A stretch of 64,000 nucleotides of DNA from the human T2T-CHM13v2.0 reference genome, Homo sapiens. This document shows positions 1 to 13,530 of the stretch, piece after piece. Made by a program: the position numbers and the translations under genes. The DNA is taken from assembly GCF_009914755.1 (NCBI RefSeq), contig NC_060925.1, one strand, 5' to 3'. The notes under the pieces were generated by a model that was given only the letters and a program-made list of their open reading frames with translations, was not told where the DNA came from and made no database searches. Within the stretch, counting starts at the first letter, position 1. Each line of letters opens with the position of its first letter.

Positions 1-574
1 TTTACTTTATTTTAGACACATGGAATATAAGTATTTTCATCTTTATGATGTTTCTATGAATTAAGTTGTTAATCATTTAAATCTTATCCAGGTAAACAAT
101 TCTTCTTTCTATATTTCACTCTTCCTCCTATGCTTCAAGATTGCCCATTGGTTTGACTCTCTCTATGGATTAGAGTTAAAATTTTTCTGAAAAATTAAAC
201 TCACTTCTCAGATTACTGACTCTTTTCCTATCAGATTAATGTGATGTTCTTTTCGTGGTACTGACTACCTTGATTTTTAATACAAACCCTCCAATGAAAT
301 CAATTCTGAACATTTTTAAAATCATACATATCTTTGATTTTTTGGTGAAAATTATAGACCCTCTTCCCAGAAACAAGCACAAAGGCCTATGCTTACAAAA
401 CTGCAAATAATTTGAAAGTTAAGTTTAGGAACCTCTGCTTTAATGGTTATTTCTAGTTCTAGCTAAGTTTATTCAAACACTTTTACAAACATGCCCCATT
501 GGTATCTTGTCTATTACAAAAACCTAGCCTTTTTAATATCTTTCACCTCTAACTTTTTGGCTTTCCTCATATGA

Positions 575-709
575 CTCATTTATTCATCAATTACTCATCA
601 AACACTTACTGGACTCCTGTTACATGTCCAATGTTATATGACATGCTGATGACAGAAAGGTATGTAAGATTCAATCCTTGCTCTCAAGGAACTTATACCC
701 TCCTTAGAC

Positions 710-763
<54 letters not shown>

Positions 764-1030
764 GATAGATTTACATATATACACATAAATAATTTTTACA
801 TACAATGTGATAAGCACTATGATAAAGGTATGTATAGGTTGCACAAAAGAAAGGAATGGGAACATTTTCTGGAAGAAGTGAAACCCAAAGCAATAGTTTA
901 AGAATAAGCATAAACTGTCAAGTCAGAGGAAGTTCGTTAGTGAGATGGGCAGAGAAGAAGTTGAAGGAGCTATTAGGACAGACCATTCCAGCTGGAGAGA
1001 CAATATGAGGGATTATGAAATGTTTCAAAA
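575..1030 (-). mobile_element. Degenerate L2 3' fragment, interrupted by the GATA repeat
   Basis: cattcatcaa...aaacacttact...ccttgctctcaaggaacttata resembles the L2 3' end. Confidence 0.5.
711..770. repeat. (GATA)13 tetranucleotide microsatellite plus a partial unit
   Basis: Perfect GATA run 711-762. Confidence 0.97.
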
Positions 1031-1145
1031 ATAATGGTATCACTCTCAGTAACAACAAAAATATTTACTCAAAACTAAATAACATTAGAGTAAATCCTCC
1101 TGAAAAAGCATGTATTATACATTTATCTAATTCTCGGATTCTTAC

Positions 1146-1297
1146 CTACTATCCAGAACTGGAACATTACTGTTGCTCCGTACATTGTAAATTGCAATTG
1201 TGCCATTGTGATAGCCAACGGCTAAAAGGTTAGGTGCTCCAATTGAAAAATCCACAGCAGTAACTCCATATGGACTCTGATAAATACGTTCTGGCCA
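1146..1297 (-). CDS. DNAI4: DNAI4 coding exon (approx. exon 11), 152 nt, WPERIYQSPYGVTAVDFSIGAPNLLAVGYHNGTIAIYNVRSNSNVPVLDS-S (WD40 repeat)
   Basis: Acceptor aatttag|TGG, donor AGTAG|gtaaga; WD40 pattern VTAVDF...LLAVG..NGTIAIY. Confidence 0.96.
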
Positions 1298-1528
1298 CTA
1301 AATTTTAAAAAATTACATTTTCAATTTGTTTTTGTAGACCACAGTAAGGCAGAATATAATGGTGGCTGAGATTTAGTTTGGTGGCAGTGGGTATGTGAGC
1401 AGAGTTAGCCCACATTCAGTTACTTCTGTCTTCCTAATTTCCAGTATAGAAAATAATAAAACCTCACTTGGTCATTTCCTTTGATACAAGTATGAATCTT
1501 CAGCACTCAATGGCTTTAAGAAATAGAG

Positions 1529-1650
1529 TGTTGGGCATGGGGGCTCACTCCTGGAATCCTAGCTACTAGGGAGGCTGAGGTGGGAGGATCACTTGAGACC
1601 AGCAGTTTGGGACCAGCCTGGGCAACATAACAAGACCCTCATCTCAGAAA
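1529..1650 (+). mobile_element. Alu left monomer (FLAM-like)
   Basis: gggcatgggggctcac...gggaggatcacttgag...cagcctgggcaaca. Confidence 0.9.
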
Positions 1651-1661
1651 GAAAGAAAGAA

Positions 1662-1749
<88 letters not shown>

Positions 1750-1768
1750 AAGAAAGAAAGAGAGAGAG

Positions 1769-1823
<55 letters not shown>

Positions 1824-1862
1824 AGGAAGGAAAGAGGGAAGGAAGGGAGGAAAGTAGGAAGG
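1647..1862. repeat. (GAAA)n/(GA)n/(GGAA)n purine tract grown from the FLAM tail
   Basis: Direct read. Confidence 0.97.
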
Positions 1863-2584
1863 GAAGTACAGCACAGCCTTCTACAATAATTATATTTTGG
1901 TAATCTTTCAGCAGGATTAGTATCACCATCACCTGTCTACCTTCTTATGGGAACAAAAAACTAATCATCTAGCATATAATTCCTGTCTTCTAGTATTTGT
2001 TTCAGATGCTTGGATTATCTAAAGAATGAACAGAAAAAGTTCCAAAACTCCCCAAGTTACTGTGTTCTACAACCCCATGAAGAGTTTGTTTTGTTTGAAT
2101 GTCTAATTTAAATCCTTTCCTGCTTTTAACCACCTACATAAAAAAGAAGACAGACTACTGATGATGAATCCAATGTCAATCCCTCCACATTTAAAATTGC
2201 TTCTTCTTTTCTTTTGTGCTATATAAACCCAGATCTATATGACATATCGCTAAGTTTATTCAAACACTGTTACAGCTATTACAGACTAGAGCTATTTATA
2301 AAAATTTTAGTCATTTTTATATGCTCTTCTGACCCTTCTCTAAGTTTTCCACTTTGCATTTCAGTTGTGAATTTAAACTAAATGTAAAACTTTAAAGTAA
2401 CAGATTGACTAGGGCTCTTTAGCAAAATTACTACTATGATTCTTTATATTCATTCTCTTTGAAAAATGTATGACAGTAAGAAGGTCAGATAAATCTATTT
2501 CATATCTGTTCAGAATAACAGTCAGGTGATAAGGAGGTATTCATATATTAAGAAACAACCAGGTATTTAAAAAACATAATTTTC

Positions 2585-2888
2585 AGCTGGGTGCCGGTGG
2601 CTCACGCCCGTAATCCCAGCACTTTGGGAAGCCAAGGCGGCTGGATCATGAGGTCAAGAGATCGAGACCATCCTGGCCAACATTGTGAAACCCCGTCTCT
2701 ATTAAAAATACGAAAATTAGCTGGGTATGGTGGTGTGCACCTGTAGTCCCAGCTACTCGGGAGGCTGAGGCAGGAGAATCACTTAAACCCCGGGAGGCAG
2801 AGTTTGCAGTGAGTCGAGATTGCGCCACTGCACTCCAGCCTGGGCGACAATGTAAGACTCTGTCTCAAAAAAAAAAAAAAAAAAAAAA
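2585..2888 (+). mobile_element. Alu (AluSc-like)
   Basis: Dimer with poly-A; TSD aaaacataattttca. Confidence 0.95.
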
Positions 2889-3125
2889 CATAATTTTCAA
2901 AGGATTTTCATTTAAGATTCATTTTTTCTTTATAATTAGCTGTGAAAATCAATAATGGTTCAACTCTTCATCATCATATATAACAGCATATAGTACACAT
3001 TCAATAAATATTTACTGAATGAATTAATAAATGAATTATCTTTACCCTATGTCAACAAGAACAAATTTTAATTGCTATGAAGTTAAACCAAAGAAAATAG
3101 TCTTGATTGATAAAATTTTCTAGGC

Positions 3126-3131
3126 TTTATT
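3126..3131 (-). terminator. Intronic polyadenylation signal AATAAA
   Basis: Upstream TGTA (3139-3142) and downstream U/GU-rich TATTTTCTTTGGTTT on the minus strand. Confidence 0.65.
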
Positions 3132-3156
3132 TAATTATTACATGTAATTATATATT

Positions 3157-3213
3157 TTATGAGAATTTTGTCAACAGCCAGATAAAAATGCTTCTTATTC
3201 TTGTTTGGGTTAC
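3157..3213 (-). CDS. DNAI4: Alternative C-terminus by read-through of the exon-10 donor: VTQTRIRSIFIWLLTKFS*
   Basis: 18 in-frame codons then TAA (3157-3159); AATAAA follows 25 nt after the stop; predicted total of about 545 aa fits my unverified recollection of a short WDR78 isoform. Confidence 0.7.
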   Translation of the reverse strand, partial: VTQTRIRSIFIWLLTKFS

Positions 3214-3300
3214 CATGGGATTCTTTATTGACCAGCAGCAAGCCAGTCCTCTTTTTTGCTCTTTAAATCCAAAGTGCCCATAGCCAACAGCCAAAAGATC
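3214..3300 (-). CDS. DNAI4: DNAI4 coding exon (approx. exon 10), 87 nt, DLLAVGYGHFGFKEQKRGLACCWSIKNPM
   Basis: Acceptor ttttcag|GAT, donor ATG|gtaacc; phase 0 to 0; DLLAVGY...WS.KNP is typical of dynein intermediate chains. Confidence 0.96.
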
Positions 3301-3674
3301 CTGAAAACCAGAAAAATACATTTAAAAATAAGAGAAGATAGCATTAAAATATTGGTAAATGTATAAAGATATATATTAATGAGCTGTGTTAAAAATAGTA
3401 GTAAGACATTTCATCTGAGAGGAAAAAATGCCAGTACACCATCTGTTTTTACTCTATACCTCCATATTCCTAAGCAAAAAAGTTAATGAGTATAATGCTT
3501 CTCATTTGCAGGCTGAAAGATAAGCACCTAAAAATAACCAATTGCTAACAAGTTCTTTTACATATTGAGGTAGTCTTCTGAGATTGTATTAATAGGTTAT
3601 AATATATTCTGAGTTTTTGAGGATGACTTAATTATTTCAAATGTAAAATAAAGGACACTTAAGTTAAAGGTAGC

Positions 3675-4045
3675 TGCCATAGACTGAATTGTGTCCCCTT
3701 AAAATTTATATGTTGAAGGCCTAACCTCCAATATGATTGTATGTGGAGATAGGGGTTTTAGAAGGAATCGCAGGTTAAATAAGATTATAAGGATGGGGTC
3801 CTAATGTGACAGGACTGGTGACTTTATAAAAAGAGAAAAACACACCAGAGGTCTCTCTCTGCCATGTGAGGACACAGTGAAAAGGCAGCCACTGCAAACC
3901 AGGAAGAGAGCTCTCACTGAAACTGAATCAGCAGCCCTTGGATCTTAGACTTTCCAGCCTCCAGATTTATGAGAAAATAAATTGCTGTTCTTTAAGACAC
4001 CCAGTCTATAATATATTGTTACGGCAGCATGAGCTACCTAATACA
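3675..4045 (+). mobile_element. MaLR solo LTR (MLT1B-like)
   Basis: tgccatagactgaattgtgtcccc...tgtgaggacacagtga...aataaa...taataca. Confidence 0.85.
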
Positions 4046-4640
4046 GGAGGTCATTTCAAGAAATGCATATGTAAATACAAATAGGCAAAAGCTTAATAAC
4101 TGAACAAATCCAGCCTCTGCTGTGTAACCAGAATACCTTTAATTTTAGAATATTATATTTTCTTATCACCACCTTACTTTCAGGCCAACGTAATCTCTCC
4201 ATAATTCCCTCTGTCTTAAAAACAGTCTTCACTACTATATCCTTTCACCCTGACATTGACATATCCCTATTTATCTCTTCTAGACGCTGCAGAGGCATTA
4301 CTTTCTCTAAGAAACATTCAAGAGCTTCTTGTATGTGTCCCCACAGCACTGTTTATTTTCCTCATCATAGCACATTTGAAATTATTATATAGGCAGGGTC
4401 TATGTATAACTTCATTATTACTGTATCTCTAGCGCCTTAACAGTGTGCCAGGCACAGAGTTAACGTTCAACAAATATTTATACAATGAATTAATAAACAT
4501 AGACTCCATCTGTAATATGTTTGTATTTAGGCTCATTCAAAATTATTTAATTTAATCTCCATAGCAATGCATTAATTTTTAAAATGCTAGTATATTCAGT
4601 TTCTAAAAATGTTTCATATATCTTTATTACAGATCTATTA

Positions 4641-4787
<147 letters not shown>

Positions 4788-5274
4788 TTAAAATTAATTC
4801 CACTAATCCACAAGACAGTCCCAAATATAGTTTTATAAAGATAAATTCATTATAAAAGTACTTTACTTCGTTACAAAATAATACACATAATTAAAATAAT
4901 GTGTTATTTAGGTTTCAATGGAAATGATTATAGACTTTCTGTTTTTTAATAACTATGACAACTGTCTTGTTTGCACATAGCACCTGATAAGGTGTGGCAA
5001 TAAAATAATAAGGCTAATTCTTAAACATACAAAATATAATATAATTTAAATAAATTGGTTTTGACTGCTTCAACAATATAAATATTTATATCAAAGATAC
5101 TGCCATTGCCTGAAAAATTGTTGGAATTGTTAACTGGGAAATATCTTCAGAACCAGTTTATAAACCCCAGAAGAAAATTAGTCTAATTACTCTATAATTA
5201 TCTCTTTTTTACAACCAAACATATAATTCTCCAACTTGACAATTCATCTTATTTGCCTCAAGATGACTTTTGTC

Positions 5275-5505
5275 AGTGCAGTAGTTAAGAGCAAGAACTA
5301 TGGAGCCAGATGTTTGCATTTGAATTCTGGCTGTTTCACCTACCAGTTGTGTGACTTTGGGCAAATTATTTATGCTTTTTGTGCTTCAGTTTCCTTTCAA
5401 CATAATGAGAAAAATAATAGTATCTAATTCATAGGGTTGTTGTGTTAGTACGGTTAAAACACAATAGTGCCTGCTATATACTAAGTGCTGTTTAAGCTCT
5501 TGCTA
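5275..5505 (+). mobile_element. MIR
   Basis: gtagttaagagc...tgtgactttgggcaaatt...cagtttcc...catagggttgttgtg. Confidence 0.8.
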
Positions 5506-5972
5506 ATATCGGTGGTAACAGTATTTTAAAGAATCTCAAAATTATTTTGCACACTTGTAAGGTCACTAGATTAAGTATACACTTCCAAATATGACTACTT
5601 TGAAGCTAATATAAATTTGGGCTCATCAGTTTTGGTATACGTTGAATAAATATACCAATCGTATAGTTTACTTATTCATATCTAACATGAATTCAGAGAA
5701 TGCCATGTCTCAAGTATATCCCCTAAAATAAAAATGGTAATGTTTTACATATTAAATGTTTACTATATTAAAGGGGAAAAACATTATTTTGTAACTATTT
5801 GCATTTCCCCCTTTTTAAACTGGAACTTGTTTTAGGGGCATTCTAAAACTCAAAGTTATGGTCAATTTAAATTCCTTGTGCCATATCTAAGGAAAACAAT
5901 TCTTCATTATTCGAACTTGATAATTTCCCTTCAATGCTAGAAACAGAATTGTTCAAATGTTTGATAACTTAC

Positions 5973-6175
5973 TGGATTTGTTTTATTCCAGGCAAGGCTG
6001 CTCACATTGAGGCCTTTGGTTAAGTCACAGGAAAAAGACCAAAGTCGTTCCAAGTTGGCGGGTATTGTTGATTCTTCTGCATGTATTTCTTCTTCCTCCT
6101 CCTTCTTAGATTCTTCCTCTACCTCTTCATGTTTTGCACTTTCTAAAACATCTTCAGGCTCTTCAGGTTCAGGTT
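5973..6175 (-). CDS. DNAI4: DNAI4 coding exon (approx. exon 9), 203 nt, acidic linker EPEPEEPEDV...EEEEE then LERLWSFSCDLTKGLNVSSLAWNKTNP (start of WD40 region)
   Basis: Acceptor aactttag|AA, donor CCA|gtaagt; phase 1 to 0; dynein-IC-like VSSLAWN motif. Confidence 0.96.
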
Positions 6176-6214
6176 CTAAAGTTTAAACAAATAAAAAGAT
6201 CATTGTCCTCTACA

Positions 6215-7323
6215 TCTATAGGGACCTGCCAAAGGCTCCAAACAGCATATCTACCCACCACTGACACTTCAAGCACCATCAGATCTGCTGGATCATATGG
6301 TGCAAGTGGCAGGGCACCATGAAGGGCAGCCTGGACCTGTGGCAGAGTCTTCTGCTGTTCTGGGTTCCAACTCAAAGCCAGCAGCTTTTCTGTTTACTCA
6401 GTAAATGGGCCAGTGTAGCACATCCAAATGACAAATATGTGGTCTCTAAAATGTAAAGAGACTCACTAGGCATTGTGCTTCTTTTCTGTTGTAAAAGGTG
6501 CCAGGTACAACTTATCCTTCACCTTAGAAGATACAGCTCAACATATCCCACACCACACACACAGGACACCCAGAAACTTCACTGAGGTAGAAGCCCCTGA
6601 AATTTTGTCAGATTTACTTCCCACACTCTGACAGGAAAATGTCTTACTGAAGCCTACTTCCTGTTTACTAAGTTCAACCAGCATATCATCCATTTAATGT
6701 GCTAGTGTGTTATCTTGTTGAAGGGAAAGAGCTCTGCAGACTAAATTATGATACAGGGCTAAAGAATTGATATACCCCTGAAGTAAGACAGTGAAGGTAT
6801 ATTGCTGGCCTGACCAGCTAAAAGTAAATGGCTTCTGGTTGTTTTTTACCAATAGACATTGCTGGAAAAAAAAGCATTTGCCTTGTCAATAGCTATGCAC
6901 CAGGTACAAGAGAGATGTCTTAATTTCCTTAATGAATGTCTTACGGAACAACAGTTGCAATTGGAGTCACCAACTGGTTAAGTTTATAATAATAATCCAC
7001 TGTCATTCTCCAAGATCCATCTGTTTTTAAATTTATTTATTTTTATTTTTTAGAGATGGGGGCGGGGGTCTTACTCTATTTCCCAGGCTGGTCTTGAACT
7101 CCTGGCCTAAGCAATCCTCATGTCTCAGCCTCCCAAAGTGCTGTGATTACAGACATGAGCCACTGCACTTGGCCAAGATCCATCTCTTTTCTACATATGC
7201 CACATATGTGAGTTGAATGAGAAATGTGGTGGGTATCAACATCCCTCCATATTTCAAGTCCTTGACAGTGGCAGTAATCTCTGAAGTCCCTCCAAGAATG
7301 TGCTACGGCTTCTGGTTTACTAT
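6215..7323 (-). mobile_element. ERVL (HERV-L-like) pol fragment covering RT and connection, degraded, no LTR
   Basis: Minus-strand translation gives GQQYTFTVLLQGYINS, LAH*MDD-ML (YIDD site) and W.PEQQK.L.QVQAA...LPLAPYDPADLMVLEVSV. Confidence 0.88.
7025..7174 (-). mobile_element. FLAM inserted in the ERVL fragment
   Basis: TSD aagatccatct on both sides. Confidence 0.9.
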
Positions 7324-7867
7324 CATTATCATTCAAAGTCCATAGTTTTACATTTTAAATTTTAGGGTTCACGCACAGTATTGTATATTCTATAAGCTTT
7401 GACAAACGTGTATAATGACATGTATCTGCCATTGTAGTACCATATGGAATAGTTTCACTGACCTAAAAATCTTCTGTGTTCTTCCTGTTCATCCCTCTCT
7501 GGTCCCTCGTCCCTGGAAACTACTGACTATTTTACTGTCTCCATATTTTGCCTTTTCCCAAAACGTTATATAGTTGGAATCACACAGTATGTGGCCTTTC
7601 AAATTGGCTTCATTTGCAGAGTAATAGGCATTCAAATTTCCTCCAGGTCTGCTTCTGGCTTGATAACTTAGTGATGAATAATATTCCATTGTCTGGATGT
7701 ATCATAGTTCATTTATCCATTCACCTACTGAAGGGCATCTTGGTTGCTTCCAAGTTGGGGCAATTATGAGTAAAACTGCTATAAATACCCATGTGCAGGT
7801 TTGGTGTGGACACAGTTTTCAGCTCATTTAGTTAATCAACAGGAGTGATTACTAAATCATACGGTAA

Positions 7868-8200
<333 letters not shown>

Positions 8201-8419
8201 AAGAGTATGTTTAGCTTTATAAGAAACTGCCAAACAATCTTCCAAAGTGGATATACCATTGTGCATTCCCATCAGCATGAATAAGACTTCTTGTTGCTCC
8301 ACATCTCCACCAGCTTTGAGTGCTGTCAGTGTTTTGGATTTGCCCATTCTAATTAAGTGTGTAGTGCTGCCTCATTGTTGTTTTAATTTGCAATTCCCTA
8401 ATGAAATCTGATATTGAAA

Positions 8420-8852
<433 letters not shown>

Positions 8853-9780
8853 TCAGGTCTTTTGCCCATTTTAATCATGTTGTTTATTTTCTTATTGTTG
8901 GGTTTTAAGAGTTCTTTGTATATTTTGGATAATAGTAATGTATCAGAAATGTCTTTTGAAAATATTATCTTCAGTATGTGACTTGTCTTCTTATTCTCTT
9001 GACAGTGTCTTTTGCAGAGCAGAAGTTTTTAATCTTAATGAGGCCCAGCTTATCAATTATGTCTCTCAATGGATCATGCATTTGGTGTTGTATTTTAAAA
9101 GTCATTGTAAGATCCAAGGTCATCTAGTGTTTCTCCTATGTTATCTTCTAGGAGTTTTATAGTTTTGCATTTTACATTCAGGTCTATGATCCATTTGAGT
9201 TAATTTTTGTGACAGGTGTAAAGTCTATGTCTAGGTTCGTATTTAGTACCATTTGTTGAAAGACTATCTTTTTTCTATTGCCTTTCTTCTTTTGTCAAAG
9301 ATCAGCTGACTATATTTTGGCAGATCTATTACTAGGCTCTCTATTCTGTTCTATTCTATATATTTGTTTATTCTCTTGCCAATAGCATGCTGTCTTGACC
9401 ACGATAGCTTTATACTAAGTCTTGAAATATTAAATACCTATATTAGACAAGAAAAAAATGTGAAATCAATGATCCAATTTTCCATTTTAAGAAACTAGAA
9501 AAGGAGCCAGGAACAGTGGCTCATGTCTATAATCCCAGAGTGGGAACAACTCTTATTTAAAATGGTGCTGAAACAACTGGAGATTCAAAAAAAAAAAAAA
9601 AAAAAAAAAACTTTAAACCTTACCTTAGTCCATTCATAAAAAAAATTAATTCAAAATAAATAACATGATAGATATGTTAACGTGCTTCACTATAATGATC
9701 TTTTTACTATATATATTTATCTTAAAACATCATGTTGTATACCTTAAATATACACAATAAATATATTAAAAATAAAAATA

Positions 9781-10319
<539 letters not shown>

Positions 10320-10413
10320 TTAAATATTTGCAAAATATGTAACTGACAAAGGGTTTGTATCCAGAATATATAAAAATAAGCTCTTACAACTTGATTTTTT
10401 AAAAGACAATTCA

Positions 10414-10738
10414 GGCTGGGCACGGTGGCTCATGCCCTGTAATCCCAGCACTCTGGGAGGCTGAGGAGGGCGGATCACCTGAGGTCAAGAGTTCGAGACC
10501 AGCCTGACCAACACGGTGAAACCCGGTCTCTACTAAACTACAAAAATTAGCCGGGTGTGGTGGTGGGCGCCTGTAATCCCAGCTACTTGGGAGGCTGAGG
10601 CAGGAATCACTGGAACCCAGGAGGTGGAGGTTGCAGTGAGCCAAGATCGTGCCTTTGCACTCCAGCCTGGGTGACAGAGCGAAACTCCATCTCAAAAAAA
10701 AAAAAAAAAAAAAGAAAAATTAAAAAAAAAAAAAAAAA
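10414..10738 (+). mobile_element. Alu (AluS-like)
   Basis: Dimer with poly-A. Confidence 0.95.
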
Positions 10739-12800
10739 GGCAACTCAATTTTAAAATTGGTAAGAGACTTGACCAAACAGTAAACAGAAGATATTCAAGT
10801 GACCAAAATAAACCACATAAACAAGAACTCAGTTTTTAGAACAACACTAAAAGGATTGCCAGCATCAGGTGTTATAAAGAATGTGGAGCAACTGAGACTC
10901 TTATACATTGTTGTGGGAGTATAAGATGGTATAACCACTTTGGAAAAGTATTTCACTGTTTCTTAAAAAGTTAAACATATTCCCAATAATCCAATAATCC
11001 CATTTGTAGGTATTTTCACAAGAAAAATTAAAATATCCATTTACCAAAAGTCTCACACAAAAATGTTTGTACCAGCTTTACTCTTAATATCCCCAGACTG
11101 AAAATATGCAAGTGTCCCTCAGTGTGTGAATGGACAAACAAATCATTATGGTATATTCATCTACTAGAGCATTACTAGGAAAAAAATGAACTACCTATAC
11201 ATGCATCAACCTAGGAAATCTCAAAAACATTAATATTGAATGCAAGAAGCCAGACTCAAAAGAATACTTACTTTATGAACCCACTTATATGACATACCAG
11301 AATAGGGAAAGTTAATCTATATTGACAGAAATCAGAGCAATGCGTGTGTGTGTGTGTGTGGTGGGGGTTGGGGGGTGGGGTTAAGGTTTACTTGGAAAAC
11401 AGCACAAGGTAACTCTTAGGGTTAATAGATATGTCCTCTGTCTTGATTAGGGTATTGGTAACTCTGGTTTATACATTTTCAAAATGTATTTTTATATACA
11501 ATTTAAAATATATATTTCATTGTATATAAATCTTACCTCAATAAAACATTTGCTATGGTATTTTTATTTCTTAGATGTGTTGAAAGAAGTGATGTGCCAA
11601 CAGTAACATTTACATTGTTACATTTACATTTTGTTTTGTAAATGTCAATATATACAGTACTATGTGAATTGCAACCTTACAACTCTTTAAATATAGGATG
11701 AAAAATCTATATATATAAGTGATAAAAATCTTTAAATATCAACCTAATATGAGAGAAGGAACACAGTTTTTCAATATTCTTCTAGATGCATGCAGGCAAA
11801 AAGATTTACAACCATTTGTCACACATACTATTCTGTAAACTTTTTCTTTTTAAATGTAACCATATAGATTAATTTTGACTTGAAGAATCAAGATAAATTT
11901 CATAAAGGAAGTTTCCTTAATCCATCTTTGAAAGCTGGAAATACAATAGGCAAACATGGGGTGGGGATAAGGGTAGACTGTCAAGCAAATTCCAACTAAA
12001 AGTACTAAGGCAGGAAAATGTAGGTTCTATTTGAGGATTACCAGATAAGTCTAAATATAGCTAACTTTTAGAGTCTCCAAAGCAATATGATAATACAAAG
12101 TAATCTGTGGCCATATTGCAGATATCTTTTGAATGATACACTTTGAGCTTTGTAATTTATTCTAGGCAATGTGAAGGCATTGAAGGTTTTTTGAGTGGTT
12201 TAGGATACATCAGCAAAGTGGGCTGATAAAGTAGAAAGAGAACTGGAACTTGAGATCAAAAGACCTTGGTTGAATGCCTAGCTTTTCCACTTACTATTAA
12301 CCTCACAAAGTTTCTATAGCCTTCAGTTTCTTCATTCATGTATTTTTTAATACATGATTAAAGGTTGATTAAGATAATCTCTAAAATCCTTTAAAATATT
12401 CTGTGATCATATGAGATGCGATTTGTAGCAATGAGAACAGGAAGAATGCTTCTGCAATAGATTTGGGAGTAGTAATAAAAGTAAGAACTTAGAAAGTAAC
12501 AATGACAATGGAAAAGAAGAGGTTGAATATGAGAGATACTGTAAAAATGACTAAGTAATTGAATGCAGGAATAAGGGAGAAGAAAGAGCTATAGATGCTT
12601 AGGAAGTTTTGAATCTAAGACAATCTGCTTCTGTGGGCATCCTAGTCTGGACTCTAGTGCTACTCACGCATTTAGTGCTGAAAGCTTTAGAAACATGTCC
12701 TCTGATAATGATAACTCAATCTGGAGATTACATTTAGAAATATATACTAAAACCCTTACATTTTAAAAATTATTTGAGTTTGTCTAAACATGATATCTTC

Positions 12801-12961
12801 TTTTTCTTTTTTTAAGAGACAAGGTCTTGCTCTGTCACCCAGGCTGGAGTGCAGTGGCATGATCATAGCTTGCTACAACCTTGAACTCCTGGGCCCAAGC
12901 AATCCTCTTCCTCAGCCTCCCAAAGTACTGGGATTATAAGCATAAGCAACTGCACCCAGCC
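12801..12961 (-). mobile_element. Alu monomer (FLAM/FRAM-like)
   Basis: Monomer; taaacatg on both flanks. Confidence 0.88.
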
Positions 12962-12987
12962 TAAACATGTTTATTTTTTTTAAATAC

Positions 12988-13182
12988 CTTTTAAAACAGG
13001 AAGCTGACGATAAGCTGCAAGTTTGGGCTGAAATATATTTTCCATCAGAACCCGTTCCATAAAAAATAAGTCCTGATGAAATTTGTCAGATTTTAATATT
13101 GCATCTGAGTGGTCTTCCTCATCTTCATGGATTTTTGCCAGAATTACATTTTCTATGTCCATTAGAGAACTAGTTTCACTAT
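12988..13182 (-). CDS. DNAI4: DNAI4 coding exon (approx. exon 8), 195 nt, NSETSSLMDIENV...AAYRQLPVLK
   Basis: Acceptor ttttgtag|AT, donor AAAAG|gtattt; lies within ORF 12980..13312; phase 1 to 1. Confidence 0.96.
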
Positions 13183-13530
13183 CTACAAAATACAAACATG
13201 ATACAATGATAAAATATTCAAATGGATGGTTCATACATTCTAAAGATTTTAAAAATGACATTTCATCATTTGTATTTATTTTCCTCCAGTTTCCAACAAC
13301 TTTAATAGACATTTATTGAATATCTTACGTACCAAGCACATGAAAGATGCACATATCTCATTTTGGAATTCTTAACCATCAAAAACTGTACTATTTTTCA
13401 GAAGATAGGCAATGATAACCTCCAGAGGTAATTTTTGTCTTTATTCTTTTAAAATTCAAGTTGAAATAAGATGATCAGCCTTCAGAAAAAGGTCTGATTT
13501 GATTATTGCTATACAGAAATACTATACTAT

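Noticed and set aside
1593-1932. K/E/R-rich and F/L/S-rich ORFs (also 55938-56486 and 58263-58740)
   Set aside because: Translations of stop-free GAAA/GAA microsatellites, not genes
6169-6375. ERVL pol ORF running into exon 9 as a possible retroviral-dynein fusion
   Set aside because: Out of frame with the exon (stops at TGA a few nt inside it); the upstream RT has stops and a broken catalytic motif
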